Assembly: GCA_965285935.1 (NCBI GenBank)
Contig: OZ260667.1
Coordinates: 24,986,001 to 25,050,000, forward strand
DNA from: Ophelia neglecta
Taxonomy: Eukaryota
Direction: 5' to 3'
DNA length: 64,000 bases
Both the position numbers and the translations under genes were made by a program. Below the pieces are notes generated by a model. That model did no database searches. It had not been told where the DNA came from and saw only the letters and a program-made list of their open reading frames with translations. This document shows, piece by piece, positions 26,321 to 39,350 of this stretch; position 1 is the first letter of the stretch, and each line of letters starts with the position of its first letter.

Positions 26321-28996
26321 ATAAGGATTTTAATAGTATGTGTAAGCATTTCTAAATGTCCAATTGACTTCTAAATTTTAAAAGTTCTAGTTAACATGAA
26401 AAACATGAAAATCCACTAGCGACGTGCGCCCATTGTTTGAACTGCCCATTGCTCCGCGGTAGTGGACACGCTTACAACTCTAAAGTTGGTATCATATATA
26501 AGGAAATTCGAATATGGACCATTCATATATCCTACGGAACTGAGCATTGACTTAACATTCGTCAATGTCTTCGCTAGTGGCAAATGGCTGCATGGTGGTA
26601 ATTAAAACCTCGGCCGGCACGGCCAGCCTCAGTCTCCATTCCCACTCGGTATGGGCCACTTACTCAGACATATATCTACATAATTCTGCCATATGCTTGT
26701 CGCAAAAACTGTCAAAATACTTCAACATGGATTAAATTATTAGGTTTTTGACCAAGATGCTCGGCATAGGATTTTAATACATCTTTGAATAAGGAAAACG
26801 ATTGAAACAATTGTTTCTGGTTAATGTAAATACTGGCCATAATCAGCAAAAAAACTGGCAAAAAACCTGACTTTCTGTATAGAGAACCTATACAAAGGGG
26901 TTTGGGCTTCAAAAACTAGCCCAAGTAAGGAAGCTGGAGGGACAAGTCCCTAGTAGCGGAGCCTGCCTGGCCGACAAGTACCATTTGAATCCCCCTCCCT
27001 TAATCCCCCCCCCCCGCCCCCCGCCCCGGGAGGCCTATTCTTGGTGCCAAAACACCTGGTCCTAAAACAAACACTAAGAAAGTCCGGACATAGCCAATGT
27101 ATCCGATATCTTATCTAGAAATGTTCTTAGCCTCACTTAATGTTAAATAAGAGACGCCTTTTGATATTAAAATTCCCATTAGCATTTTGTTGATGTAGGC
27201 AATATAGCATTATTGACATAATAATCCAACGTAAATAGCACCTTATATTTATGGCATTAAGGTCTATATCTGATGTAAATATTTCATGAAATTGGATGGA
27301 AACATAAGGCTATATGAATCACTTCATTTCGTTTGCATCTTTCAAAGGTTAACGATTATTTCACCCACGTGACCTTTTCTTGCCTTCTTTAGCCAGACTA
27401 ATCAGCAAGGGGGAATTTATGCTGTCTAGACTATACCAAGTGTCCCTGCATTGTGGGATTTGTCTTTCTGAAGCTATGAAATAAAACAAAACTACTCGTT
27501 TATAGACCAGAGACAGTGATCTTATTCGTTTTAGGATAGGTACGACCCAGGTTCCAACACCAGGAATCGTTAGACAAGTTCGGCTGCTACGGCATGCCAT
27601 CCTGGGGATCATTAATATTATAAATAAGGATTTTTGTGAGGAATAATTTGCTATAACCGAGAAAATTCTTCGAGATTTTCTTATATTTTCCTGTTTTCCG
27701 ACCAAACTTGACCAACAACTCACTTCTTACCTTTTGTAGATGTTGAAAATTCGTACCACAGACAATAAAAAGGGCGGAATATTTTTCTCTCTCTCGAAAA
27801 CAAAATCGATTTTCACTATACTAATAGCAGTTTCTAACGTAGATCGACCTGACCATGAAAGTAATAAAATATGGGTAAATCGGATTCTAATTGCTCAGCT
27901 TCGGCGTTTGGAAAACGTGTAGAAATGATGGATCAAAGACTTGATGTATTTCAGTTTGTCTAATAAAGGCAGTTTCTTCTTTCACGTCTTGGGGATGGTT
28001 GATGGCTTCACAGTCCAAAGAAATGTGGATAATGTCTTGAAGTGACAATGTACATGACAGCAACCAATTTGAAAAAGCTGTAAATACATTTAGATTTTTG
28101 TCTTTGTCTGTTCACGTTCTTACATCCAATGCCACATTTTGGCCAGTAGCAGAGATATGATGTTCTGGAGAAATAGTCGATTTAAATGTATCTAAAAATG
28201 ACAGGAAAGTTGAGAGATCTTAATGTAATCGCCAGACAACACGTGATCGACTCTGATTTGATCATTGGGCGAATTGTATTCATTTAATCGGACTGAAAAA
28301 TGGGTATAAATGTATCATCTCCTGATCAACGCGTTTAATTAAAATACGTTGATTGTTTCTACTTGGACGCACTTTCCGCAGTGAAATGTTAAACTCTTAT
28401 CACCAGTTTTACCTGAACGACAATACATTGCAGTGAGTATGCAAGCCCTGAGTAGCAGGTTATCATGGTATACGCCCTCGCCCCTCTCTTTCAAGCTAGT
28501 ATCTATTGGTTAATCATAGGCTTGTTAATAGGATAGCAATCCAAGAAACAGTTAATCAACAATCACTGTCATGGATATTCTTGAACAGAAAAAAAGACAG
28601 AAAACGCTTCAAAAGAACAATAGAATGTGAATAATACCAAATTAAATGTTGTATTAGAACCGGAGTCTAAGCAATGTAATTCTCCTAAAAGGACCCCCCC
28701 CCCTCGACTGCTTTTTACTCACCCTTGTCCTAACCTGGGAATAATATAGTTGCATATTGTATGTAGGTCTCAGTCCCAACCCGGAGTTCCAGGGTTAGAA
28801 AAAAGCATGTCTTTAAATAAGTTACGTATGAGGGGTCTCTTCTCAAATCCTGGTTCATTACATCCCCCATTGTTACAAAATGCTAGTATATTTTGTCTCC
28901 GGGGCTTATTTCATTTTTCTTTTCTTTTTATCATATCACATTTTGGAGGTTCCCATGGAAACGGCTTTTTGCCAGATCTTTGGGACACACTATCTA

Positions 28997-29572
28997 TTTA
29001 GCAAGGAATGGAATGTGATTCACTGATAGAAGTGGATGTTTAGCTACCAAATAATACAAAAAATCCTTAAAGGACTATTAATAGTAGTTATTTTAAGAAA
29101 ATATAAATAACACTTTTGTATCCCGCTCTTTACTTCTAATTTTTAATTTTGCCCCCAGTACTTTATGTTCCAGTAATTTGAAATTTATTTGTTTCCGCCC
29201 ATAAGAGCTCGAGCGTGCAAACAACTTTATCCCTTCTACTTGTATATGCCGTTGCTGACAAATTATTCTCATCCTACCTTTTAGCAAACGAATGGAATAT
29301 GATTCACTAATTATAGAAGTGTATGTTTAACTACCAAATGATACAAAAAATCCTAGGAAAAGAAAGGACTATATATAGAAGTTATTTTTAGAAAAATCTC
29401 AATCACTCTTTTGTATCACGCTCTTTCCTAATATTTTTAAATTTTGCCCCTAGTAATCTATGTTCCAGTAGTTTGAAATTTATTTGTTTCCGCCCATAAG
29501 AGCTCGAGCGTGCAAACAACTTTATCCCTTCTACTTTTATAGGCCGTTGCTGACAAATTATTCTCATCCTAC
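28997..29572. repeat. Tandem duplication of a ~285-bp unit (28997-29279; 29280-29572)
   Basis: Both copies start tttagcaa..gaatggaat.tgattcact and end gttgctgacaaattattctcatcctac. Confidence 0.95.
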
Positions 29573-31401
29573 GCAGTGCGTGTAATTATGACTAATAAAT
29601 AACTATGATTTGGAGACGATTTATTCCATATTCTTTATATCCCAATTGGATTAAAAAACCTTTTACACCTTTCTAGGTGTCGACGGAAACGTCTCGAATT
29701 GACAGTTGATTTAGTCTTACACTCGGGAAAGCCAGGCAAGGACATCACGCAGGTTTGCATTAGCTCCCACGCGGATTGACAATTATCAAGAAGAAAAATT
29801 AACATGTCAAGTAAATGTTAAGCGCTTTCAGTCCGCCCTCAAAAATGTATACCTGGAAACATTGATTACTTTGCGGGTTTATAAAAAACCTTTGTAATTA
29901 AGTTAACATAGGTTCCTGGGGAACTAAATAAGACTCTACCTAGAGGACAAAAACGATTAGGATTATATTCCTGTTAAGTAGGAATTCTAGAAATATGTTA
30001 TTTTTCTTCGGATTGCACTTGGATAGTAGTAGCACTGACTGACTTATTTTCCTGATCGAACTATGTTAATTTACTCGTAGGGTGGGCTTCTCGTGTTATC
30101 AGAAAGTAAAAGAGATATGCTGATAAATGTCAAGGATGGTTTTCAGTTAAAAAATAGGCTGTCTTTTAACCAGGATGATTCACTAAAAATGATGTTGTTT
30201 ATGTGCTTTCCCTCACGTATACCCTAGAAAAATAAGATAATGGTAGGGGTACATTTTATTAGCAAATACAGCACCGAATTCACGCTCGTCATCTGTCACT
30301 GACACAAATTCAAGGTTGTGAAGGACGTTGCCTTCGCGAGATCGCGCCCCATTGGAGCGCTCGGCAGAACTGTTACCCCGGCAACTTTAGACGTGCCAGC
30401 TAGACCAGCTACCTGAATCTTTTAAGAAAAGTGGCTGTAATAAAACCATTATCTTGACACCTGATTTGCAGACATGTGCATTTTGTCCTTGGTTAAGAAG
30501 AACGCCACATTTTGCGAAATTGCCTGCCATCCGCTTGAGTAGCATGATGGATGGATGACGTCAGCGCTCAGGTGTTCACGCTTGCGCATTTGCTTCCCAA
30601 GTATGCCCATTAGTATGCAAAATTTGTAGACTAACTCCGACAGAAGACGCTATGGCACGTGCACCCATGTTGCCATGACTGTACAACACTTGTTCAGGAA
30701 AGTTTTTGGCTTGTGTTTCCAATAGGGTGCGATCAATTTCGAATATGGTAATGCAAGTCACTTTCTTCTAATCAATTCTACCTTTTTAGTCTATTTCTGT
30801 TGCAATGTCAATTGTGGTATAGATAATCGAATCAAAGTGACTTTCTGAAGGCTGCGGGTAGAAAATAGCGGTGGAAGATGGTTGATTGTATCAAAATAAA
30901 GCTACCTTAAACATTTATTTTTGCCATGTCACTAGGTTTGGCAGTTATATTGTAGAAAGGCAAACTTACAAAAGAAATTCGTCACATAAAGAAAACAAGT
31001 TTATACAGAAAAAATGATGTGGAAGCACAAATCAGAAATCATTTTGCTGATCACGGGGTCATATCCGAGGGTCACATCCGGCCGCGGGTCTCATTTACAC
31101 GTGTAGCCGAGGTTGTTGCGGGGACAGTATTTACACCAAGCTTTCTTTTTTCTTGGAATTTAGTATCAGTGATCAATGGGAGTATATACTGGGAGATCAG
31201 GAATACATTTGTGGTATATTACTTATATCTCGTACTGCAGGAATCGCCGATATACATTGTAAGTTATACAACGACTAGACTCGCCATTATGCCTTGGTCA
31301 TGCATTGTCATGGGATACCTTCGCCAGGAGTTCGTAGGATAAAAAATCATTAGTTGTTTTCTTCAAAAACACACCAAAATGATACATTATAAAACTGTGC
31401 T

Positions 31402-31595
31402 CAGTGGCGGATCAAGGATTTCAGGAAGGGGGGCCCAAATTGTCCAAATTTGACAAGGTCAATGTCTGGATTGTCCCCGGTACCAACCCTCTGAAACCAC
31501 CTTACGAAGGTGCGGAAGTAGGCCCTGGGCCGGGCCCACTTTTTGGCAAAAGGGGGAGAGGGGTTTCCCAGCCCACCCCCCTTAATCCGCCACTG
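31402..31595. mobile_element. MITE with CAGTGGCGGAT terminal inverted repeats (hAT-like non-autonomous)
   Basis: 11-bp perfect TIRs CAGTGGCGGAT...ATCCGCCACTG, G-run/C-run subtermini and GC-rich interior. The TSD is not cleanly preserved (actgtgct / gactgctt). Confidence 0.8.
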
Positions 31596-32790
31596 GACTG
31601 CTTTTAGGTATAATTAAAAAAGTATGTTAAAGTGGTGACCAAAGCGTAATCTAAAATTTTCCGCAGCAGCGATGGATATGCCAAATGATGAACAAAAGGC
31701 TGAATTGGTGCCAACGTAGGCGGTCCTAACTGGTATTTATACGAACAAAGCCCCTGCGTGACGTCACCTGCAAACTGATTTCTGATTTCTGCTATACCTA
31801 CTGAAGGTTTCTTTAAATTTCTTTAAATTTCAATTCTTTATGCAAGGGATTTCTATTTTAAAATAAGAACAGTAGTGAGTAGTGAAGTTTTCGGTTCATT
31901 AGACTAAGGTTCTCTTAACAATTTATCCAAGAAGAATGATTGTTAGAAGTTGCTGATTAAATTATACCAGATGGATACTATTGTACTACAACAATTTCCG
32001 GTATGTACAAGGTTTGTTGAATATCCAATTTCGTTTTTAAATATCCATACCTTACCTATAAGGACCTTTAAGTTTGAAACTAAAATACAATTAATTTCAT
32101 TTAAAATTTCTAAACAATGACATTGGTGCGTTGTTCGCACACATTTAATCTGTATTTCCTTTACTGTTCATGTCAATTGCACCGCTCTACTTAGGTCTTG
32201 GGATTTTCCCTCATGACTAATATTAACTCTAAAGGTAGTCTGTCTTCCGGTCTTCAGGCTGCACTTCGAATGTATCAGTCTATACCAAAGCTTATCAAAC
32301 CGTGACCATGCAGTTGACTAGCGGTTCAGTCCCGACCTTAATTTTTGCCTTATTTGAGGATATTTCGCAACATCAATCATACTATACACATACGTGTGAA
32401 ACTAGCCATTGTTAACATATCACATGACCTAATTTCTTCTTCCGCAAACTACTAGGACTACTGCTTTAGACTTAGCTAGTCTTTGTATAAAACCAGTTTC
32501 TACCTAGTTACTCTCAAAATTTGTGTTGAGGGCCATGGATATAAGACGTTCATTTGTGTATCGCTAGGCTAAACCTTCACTTGTGTAATAATATTTTCCG
32601 CAATTGCTCCCTTTTATGTTTAACAAATAGTGCTTTCCTTTTACTGGCAGTAGAACATTGGTTAAGTTGAATTAAATAACTAGAGTGACTTTGTAAGCCC
32701 ATGGGGCTGGGCCAGACTGAAAATGTAATATGTATAATCTTTGTGAATTTATGTATACTGGCACTGTCACTATAATAAATAAAACTTACC

Positions 32791-32815
32791 ACTACTACTA
32801 CTACTACTACTACTC
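32791..32815. repeat. (ACT)n microsatellite
   Basis: Directly visible; it generates the poly-Val spurious ORF 32577-32819. Confidence 0.9.
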
Positions 32816-33624
32816 TCATTCATCTCTTGCAGCACCTATTAATGACGTATTAGTAAATAATTAATCTATATCTGTTATCTTATGCAACACTGTTGTTATA
32901 TTGATTTTTAAGCCGCAATATATTTGCTTAGAAAAGCTTCCACAGCTTGGCAGTTATAATTAAATTTGGGAACTAAGGCAATTATTCTGTTCACAGCGCT
33001 TAATGGTTGTTTGACAGTGGCCAAAGCTGTCTTCATTTGTCCTTGATCTTTACATGCTTAAAAAAAGAAGAAACGTAAAAACTCTTATTGTGAAATATCT
33101 TTTTAGTAAACAATGCTGACATGGCTAGGATGCAATCAACATTATAAAGTTATTAATCAACCCAAAGCTGACGATGTACCTAAATGATTTCACTCATGCA
33201 CTACTGCTTTTTATTAAATAAAATATGACCTTGCCCGTTCGCAAATAAATATCAGTTTTTTTGCGCTTTGGAGAGTATTGATTTACATCAATCTTGTTGC
33301 AAAAATAGCCAGACGACATTAGACTCAAGGGAAAAACCGCGATCAGTTGGCTATTGATAGATACAGAACCGTAGCACTCATGGCAAGGGAGATAGCGCTG
33401 AATAAGTCAATTTTTTTGCCAATTTAATATTATTAATTACATGCTTGGAAATGAGAATGGGTTGAAAATAAATGTTTTTGGCAGTTGTTGTCTAGCAGAG
33501 GCCGACAGTTGTATACGATTACACGTTGTTTTGTAAATATGAAAAAGGAGATAGACGTACCACGAGAACGTATTCAAAACATGGGAACTACTATTCACCG
33601 ATGTGATGCATTAAGCTAAATGTA

Positions 33625-33640
33625 ACACCAGAGGGCAGCA
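33625..33640 (+). promoter_or_regulatory. CTCF-like motif
   Basis: ACACCAGAGGGCAGCA matches the core CCAC(C/T)AG(A/G)GGGC(A/G)(G/C) apart from position 1. Confidence 0.4.
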
Positions 33641-34809
33641 GCACTTGGACCGATGCAGCAAAGTGTCTGCCAGTGATCGATCTTGAAGTGGAAAGACATA
33701 TGCCATGAAGTAAAAAGAGGAATAAACTTAAGTGTCCCATCGTCACAAAGAAGACTCTCTTTGTTTAAGGCCAGATATAATAAATATTAGAAGTTTGCAT
33801 ACTTATAGTACTTACATTATCGACTACTCTTTACAGGTTCTGCACTACAACTTTTCTAACTCTAGCCGAAAATGAAAAAAAAAAATCCCCATGCTTTGAT
33901 GGATTTGGGAAGGTTATGCACCCAACATGGGCTACATATCCTGTGCCAACTGCAACATATCATTTAACTTTATACATCACTGTTTTCAACATAGTGTTTC
34001 TCATTTCTATATTATATATTTTGGAGAATGGACATATGATACTTGGAGGGCATAGAAGGGACTCTACACCTATATTATTACCGAAGTAGTGTCATGCATT
34101 ATTTGGTATAAATGCGAGTTGGACAAAGCATATTCTTTGCATATTCCAGATGGACAAATTGCACTTTAATTCACTGGTCCACAAGCCTATGATATAAGCG
34201 AGATTCGGTAGTGTTCACTTCCCAGCTGAATATGTGCTTCTCTTTTATGAAAGTTGTAATTGCACCATCCTGTTCGCCATCCCAGTGAGCCCTTCCTTTC
34301 CGCGAACTGACTTTCGTCCTTTCCTTTCATACATTTCTAGTGTATACTGGGAGCGAGATAAGGCGTTGTATTGCCGGGTTTTTAAATTTATTTGGTGTGT
34401 GATATGCTTTGTATTTGATTTCCCACAGGTTCATTGTAAAGTATGCTACTAGTAACTTCCCAACTAATGGATCAACTCACAAAGTTGAAAGTAGTATACT
34501 TTTTAAATTTCTGGTGGCGAAAGGACCTGCTACTGTTCAGAGTTTGAATTTCAACAGTAGTACTGGACAACATATTATACTTATTCTAGAGCTGTCTTCT
34601 GTTGCGTCTTTAATTTTTATACTAAAAGTGGGTGGTAAAGAGTAATATTACCTTATTCAATACCTGCTGTAATAGCCTTAAATAAGACAGAAATCATTAC
34701 TGTGCTTTACATACACTTTATATGTCGTGAGTACAATGGACAATACTGTCTTATGCATAATAATAAAAGAGTACACATGTTTATATGCATTTGCTATGTT
34801 TGTAAATTA

Positions 34810-34815
34810 TTTATT
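34810..34815 (-). terminator. Candidate polyadenylation signal of the 524-aa gene
   Basis: AATAAA on the minus strand at the end of ~1.15 kb of T-rich (sense) 3'UTR-like sequence. Confidence 0.35.
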
Positions 34816-35968
34816 CCAGTGGATTCTTGTGAACTGGAAATCATCTAAGGATGGGTTATTTTGTTTGATAAAGCGTACTATATGACTTATGTCACAGTTA
34901 AAGCTTCAACCATTGCAAATAGATACATATATGTATCTACACGTCTAGCAAGCTTGTGGACAAGACACCAGATTTACACAAGGTATAAATTACAAAATAC
35001 GCGTCCAACTGGAATTAACACTAATAACAAACCTATTTGGCGACCGATAACAATAATAAAAGGCCATTCCACCGTTCAAATAACCAACAAAACAACAACA
35101 CTAATACTGTGTGAATTGCTTGCTCTTAAATTTGGCAAAAAGTCACCAGTGAGCTCCTCATCCGACGATTTTGCTCCCAAGGTTGTGTTACACTTATTCC
35201 AATGAAATTATTACAAATCATACATTAATGTCTGTTGGACTTGTATCTTCAGCACGTGTTATATTGTCCCAGTAAACACTCGTTACTCCTCTCATGTGGA
35301 GAGGAGCAATAGGGTAGGAAAACGAAGTACATGTACCTCTACTACTACCTCAACGAAAACAATATGAAACGAAAACGAAAAACAAGTGACCTCACAAAAC
35401 GAAAACAATGCAAATCACCCACACCATTGGCTGCACTACAACGCAAAATTATAAAATCATAAGTTGAACAATGAACCAAATTTGGCCTTTTGTGATGCAC
35501 AAATCAACCCGACAAAACTCGGGTATAAATGCTACTGGGACTTTGGAACGGGACTAGCACGAGAAACATATTTCTTCCACGCCACAACAATAGCTTATAT
35601 GATCAGCAAATGGTGTCCATTAAGTATGTTAAATGTTTCTACTCTGGTTCTAAGGTTATATCATTTTCATCACTTTTTAAGTCTATGCTAACCAGCGAAA
35701 TAATAAATAGTTAGAATTTAAATTCATATTCAAATACTATAGGCCTATAATGTAGCCGATCACAGACATAATACGCAAGTACGTCACTTCATCTACAATA
35801 ATAATAAATCAATAATGCCAAACACAAAATTTACACAACAACCTGTACATTGACATTTGATATAAATATTAGTATTCAAATACACGTTAACGGAGACAGA
35901 TTATGGTTAAGGTAGGAGACGACATATACAGGTTTCTGAAGCGACATATACAGGTTCCGGTGCACCAA

Positions 35969-37543
35969 TCACAATATAGTTTCCCGTAGTCCGTCACTGT
36001 CAATAAGATACGCAGATTCCTGTTTCGGCTTGTTTTTCCGTTGCTGATGAAGGGCGCGTTCCCATTGTTTATTCAGTACCGACGTATACGCCCTCTGCAG
36101 GCGTTTTCCCTGGTCATCAAGACGGGCTTTAAGGTCCTGTAGGGTCTCCAACAGAAGCTTTTTGCGAAAAAGAGTCACTTGTTTTTGGAATTTGATCAGT
36201 TCTGGCAGCCTTTGCGAGTTGGCTTTTCGGGTATCCTCCCATTCTTCACGAATAAATTCGTCTAGAATAACTTTGCCCTCCTCCAATTTGACCATTGTGT
36301 CTTGAATGCTGCCCTGGATCTCCACCATACTACGAGTGGGAGACAGGCTGCTCTCGTAGGCCGAGTCCAGCGAGGTCATCATATCAGAGGAGCAGACGGA
36401 TCCAGAGCAGACGATGCTGTGGGTATCGTACGACGGACGACGCTCACTGCCGAACGGGGAATCGGGCCGTCGGTAACACGTCGGCCAGTCATCACAACAC
36501 GACGAGCGCCGCCGCATTTTCCGCTCCTCCCTCGACAACGGAGACATGGGCTGAGATGGCGCGCTGGAGTCGGTACTGAGTTCTCTTGAGCCAGAGTCAG
36601 GACCAAATAGTTTGTTTGACTCGCTGCGCACACTCTCCAATATTGTCTCAAATTCTTGTTCATAGTCAAAGCTTGACGTACTCTCAAGTGCTTTCTTTGG
36701 CCTAATGACTGTCTGACCTTCCTCGAAACGGACGTCGAAATCACTGCCATGTATGTCCTCGTACGAGCTGAGCGTGCTGGGCGGGTCATATGACCCTGTC
36801 AGCTTTTCTATCACTGACCTGCGCTTGACCTCGGTGTCATCATCGCTGTAAGGTTCGTAGTTCAGATTGTCGTTAGTGTCGGTGTCCAATGACGTAATGT
36901 CCTGGTTACAGAGGGTGGCGCTGTCGTCCATGGAGTCCGCCTCCATGCTCAGGTAGCTACGATTGTCACACGTACTAGCGCTATCAACCGACATGGGAAC
37001 GTCCCGATCCGGAAAGTTTGGCTCCCACATTCGCCGCGTCGTGATGTCACTTCCTGTTGGACTTGTAGTCGTTGACGTCATTGGGCTGGGCAGGGGAGAG
37101 GAGAGAGGCGAGGGTAGCCAGGGGTTGGTTCGAATGAGACTCCGTGCTCTAGGGACAGTGTTGTATCGCCCGTGTTCGGGTAGTAACCCCAGATTCAGCC
37201 GATCATCCTCAAAGTAGTCCGTCGGGCTATGGCAGTTTATTTGTTTAACATAGTCACGTTTAGCGTCGAAATCCTTGTTAATGTTATTCTCGATATTTAA
37301 CACAGTGGTTTGATTTCTACCAGCTTTCTGTTGTGTATTATTTAGATAACTGAAATCCTCCGTGACAAGGTACTTATTGAAGGCCAATGACTCCGGTTTG
37401 GTGGCCGATGTTTTTTCTTGGAGTATTTCTTCTTTTCCCGGGGCGGCAGCAAGCAGTGGCAAAGGCGAAGGCTTCTTCTTTTGCTCCCCTTTGGATTTCC
37501 GTGTCCGCGGCAAAGTATTCGCCAGGAAGTTGAGGAATTTCAT
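35969..37543 (-). CDS. Uncharacterised 524-aa Ser/Asp/Pro-rich, probably disordered protein with C-terminal coiled coil and class I PDZ-binding tail (ETIL)
   Basis: 1575-nt uninterrupted ORF with GC above background. AAAC-ATG start context, in-frame TAG three codons upstream, and a splice acceptor (ttttatgtcttccAG, AG at 37568-37567) 23 nt upstream. So the ATG is the true start and the upstream exon(s) do not extend this frame. No family recognised. Confidence 0.85.
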   Translation of the reverse strand: MKFLNFLANTLPRTRKSKGEQKKKPSPLPLLAAAPGKEEILQEKTSATKPESLAFNKYLVTEDFSYLNNTQQKAGRNQTTVLNIENNINKDFDAKRDYVKQINCHSPTDYFEDDRLNLGLLPEHGRYNTVPRARSLIRTNPWLPSPLSSPLPSPMTSTTTSPTGSDITTRRMWEPNFPDRDVPMSVDSASTCDNRSYLSMEADSMDDSATLCNQDITSLDTDTNDNLNYEPYSDDDTEVKRRSVIEKLTGSYDPPSTLSSYEDIHGSDFDVRFEEGQTVIRPKKALESTSSFDYEQEFETILESVRSESNKLFGPDSGSRELSTDSSAPSQPMSPLSREERKMRRRSSCCDDWPTCYRRPDSPFGSERRPSYDTHSIVCSGSVCSSDMMTSLDSAYESSLSPTRSMVEIQGSIQDTMVKLEEGKVILDEFIREEWEDTRKANSQRLPELIKFQKQVTLFRKKLLLETLQDLKARLDDQGKRLQRAYTSVLNKQWERALHQQRKNKPKQESAYLIDSDGLRETIL

Positions 37544-38378
37544 GTTTCTCGCCTATGCCGAGTTATCTGGAAGACATAAAACAGTAATGAATTAGCTATG
37601 GTGCGGTTTGTCGTGTCTGGCATAGCGGAAGTCAGATGAGGCAGACGGCATGCACCGACATCAAACCCGGGGAGGGGAGAATAGCAAACAGCTTCCAATA
37701 AACATTCATGTGACCGCCATTTGTGATATAATTTGTGGACCAGATTTTTCCATTATCGCGAGGGAACTAGTTACATAGTCTCCTGACTCCCGGGACCATC
37801 CCCTAGGTAGGACTAACTACCACGGCTCAGCTCCTAGCTGATACATGTCATATGGATAAACATGAAACTGACAGGCACATTATCGAGTCCGACGCCCACC
37901 ATTAACCCGAGCAGACGAGATACTATGGTATATTAACCTACCAAGAGATGTGGTATTATACCTGTATATACCTGTCTTTATCACAATATGTGTCAGGTTG
38001 TATGCAATATGAGATGCATCCGCTTGTTTCATACACAAATGCACCCTGTTCAATAAATCCTATCTGCATATCTGATATATATATACTCTATTTATGAACT
38101 GAAGGCTTCGATCTAATGCTTGGTTCTACATATCCCCTCTTTACCGTCCCATAGCACATACATGCAGATTAATCAGCTTAGTAACGATTATACAGTCCTA
38201 TGCATTCACGTTGCTCCCGTCAGATGCCCGATTGTCATAGAGTCTGACTCATTCCGCCTTGTATTGAGATCAATAATTAATAGCCAATGACTCAGTAATT
38301 TGCTCGCTACGTGCCTTCACAAAGCCGCATCGGCACGCTTAATTGGGTTACAATGATGCACGGCGGGATGAATTCTCG

Positions 38379-38393
38379 AGCGCCATCTGTTGA
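38379..38393 (-). promoter_or_regulatory. CTCF-like motif
   Basis: Minus strand TCAACAGATGGCGCT. Confidence 0.35.
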
Positions 38394-39334
38394 GTAACCC
38401 CGAGGGGACAGGTTTTCTCTTTGTTTCGTTATTTAGACGTTGATCTAACGAGAGTTATTTAGTGAGTGTTATGGCATTTATTACTCTCCCAAGTCATATT
38501 ACAAAATTGCTCATATCGGCGGCCTGGTTTTTTATTTTGGTTTTTTATTTTGGTAGTCATTCTTACTCATGTGGGCCGATTTCCAGCTGAGAACGTCGTA
38601 ATGTATTAGAAACGACATTTCCCGAGTAATTTAAGAGGCAGAAACTTAGAGGCAGGTTCTTTACTATTGCAGAAAAAGCAGGTTGATTAGACAAAGTCAC
38701 CTTGTCATGTGATTTATGGTGCACCGCCATACTAAATGATAATGAACGAGTCTTAGTTTTGAAGGAAAGCGCTTATAATTGGGGGCCTAGTTAAGGGTAA
38801 CAGTCAGCTGACAGCAACATGGTCGGTTTAATTTAATGTTTTCTATCAAACTGCGTTGTTACTTGTAGAAAAACATATATATCCTGGCAAAAAAACGACC
38901 TACGGTATTTGTCAAAGTAATAATGTCTACTGTGGGGCAGCAATCAGATACAAATAACCTGGTGTAAAACTTCGGTGAGCAATGTGACTCAATCCAATAC
39001 ATCCCCGGCATGTACAGTATAGGCAGGCGAGAACTGTGTGATTTTAGATGCTCCGGTTTTATTACATCCGGGGAGTTAGCCACCCAGGTGTAGCCTTGAC
39101 ATGGGCCATGCTGCTGACCTGTCGGTTTTGACTAGTTGGTTTCAACTTGGTCAAGGTCTTTCGTCTGTTACCGACACCTTGTAATAAATAAACGTCAATC
39201 GGCTGATAACCGGAGCATTCTTATCTCCTTGGCGATTGACAAACCTGTGTGCATGCCTCCGAGAGACATGATAAATGTGTATAAGTGTCTTGTTTAGGAG
39301 CCAATAGGCATCGGCCCAATACAAGAGGAATCTG

Positions 39335-39350
39335 CCACTAGAGGGCAGTG
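39335..39350 (+). promoter_or_regulatory. CTCF-like motif
   Basis: CCACTAGAGGGCAGTG, a near-consensus core. Confidence 0.5.

Noticed and set aside
36295-37595. Several overlapping ORFs inside the 524-aa CDS
   Set aside because: Antisense or alternate-frame shadows expected in GC-rich coding DNA.
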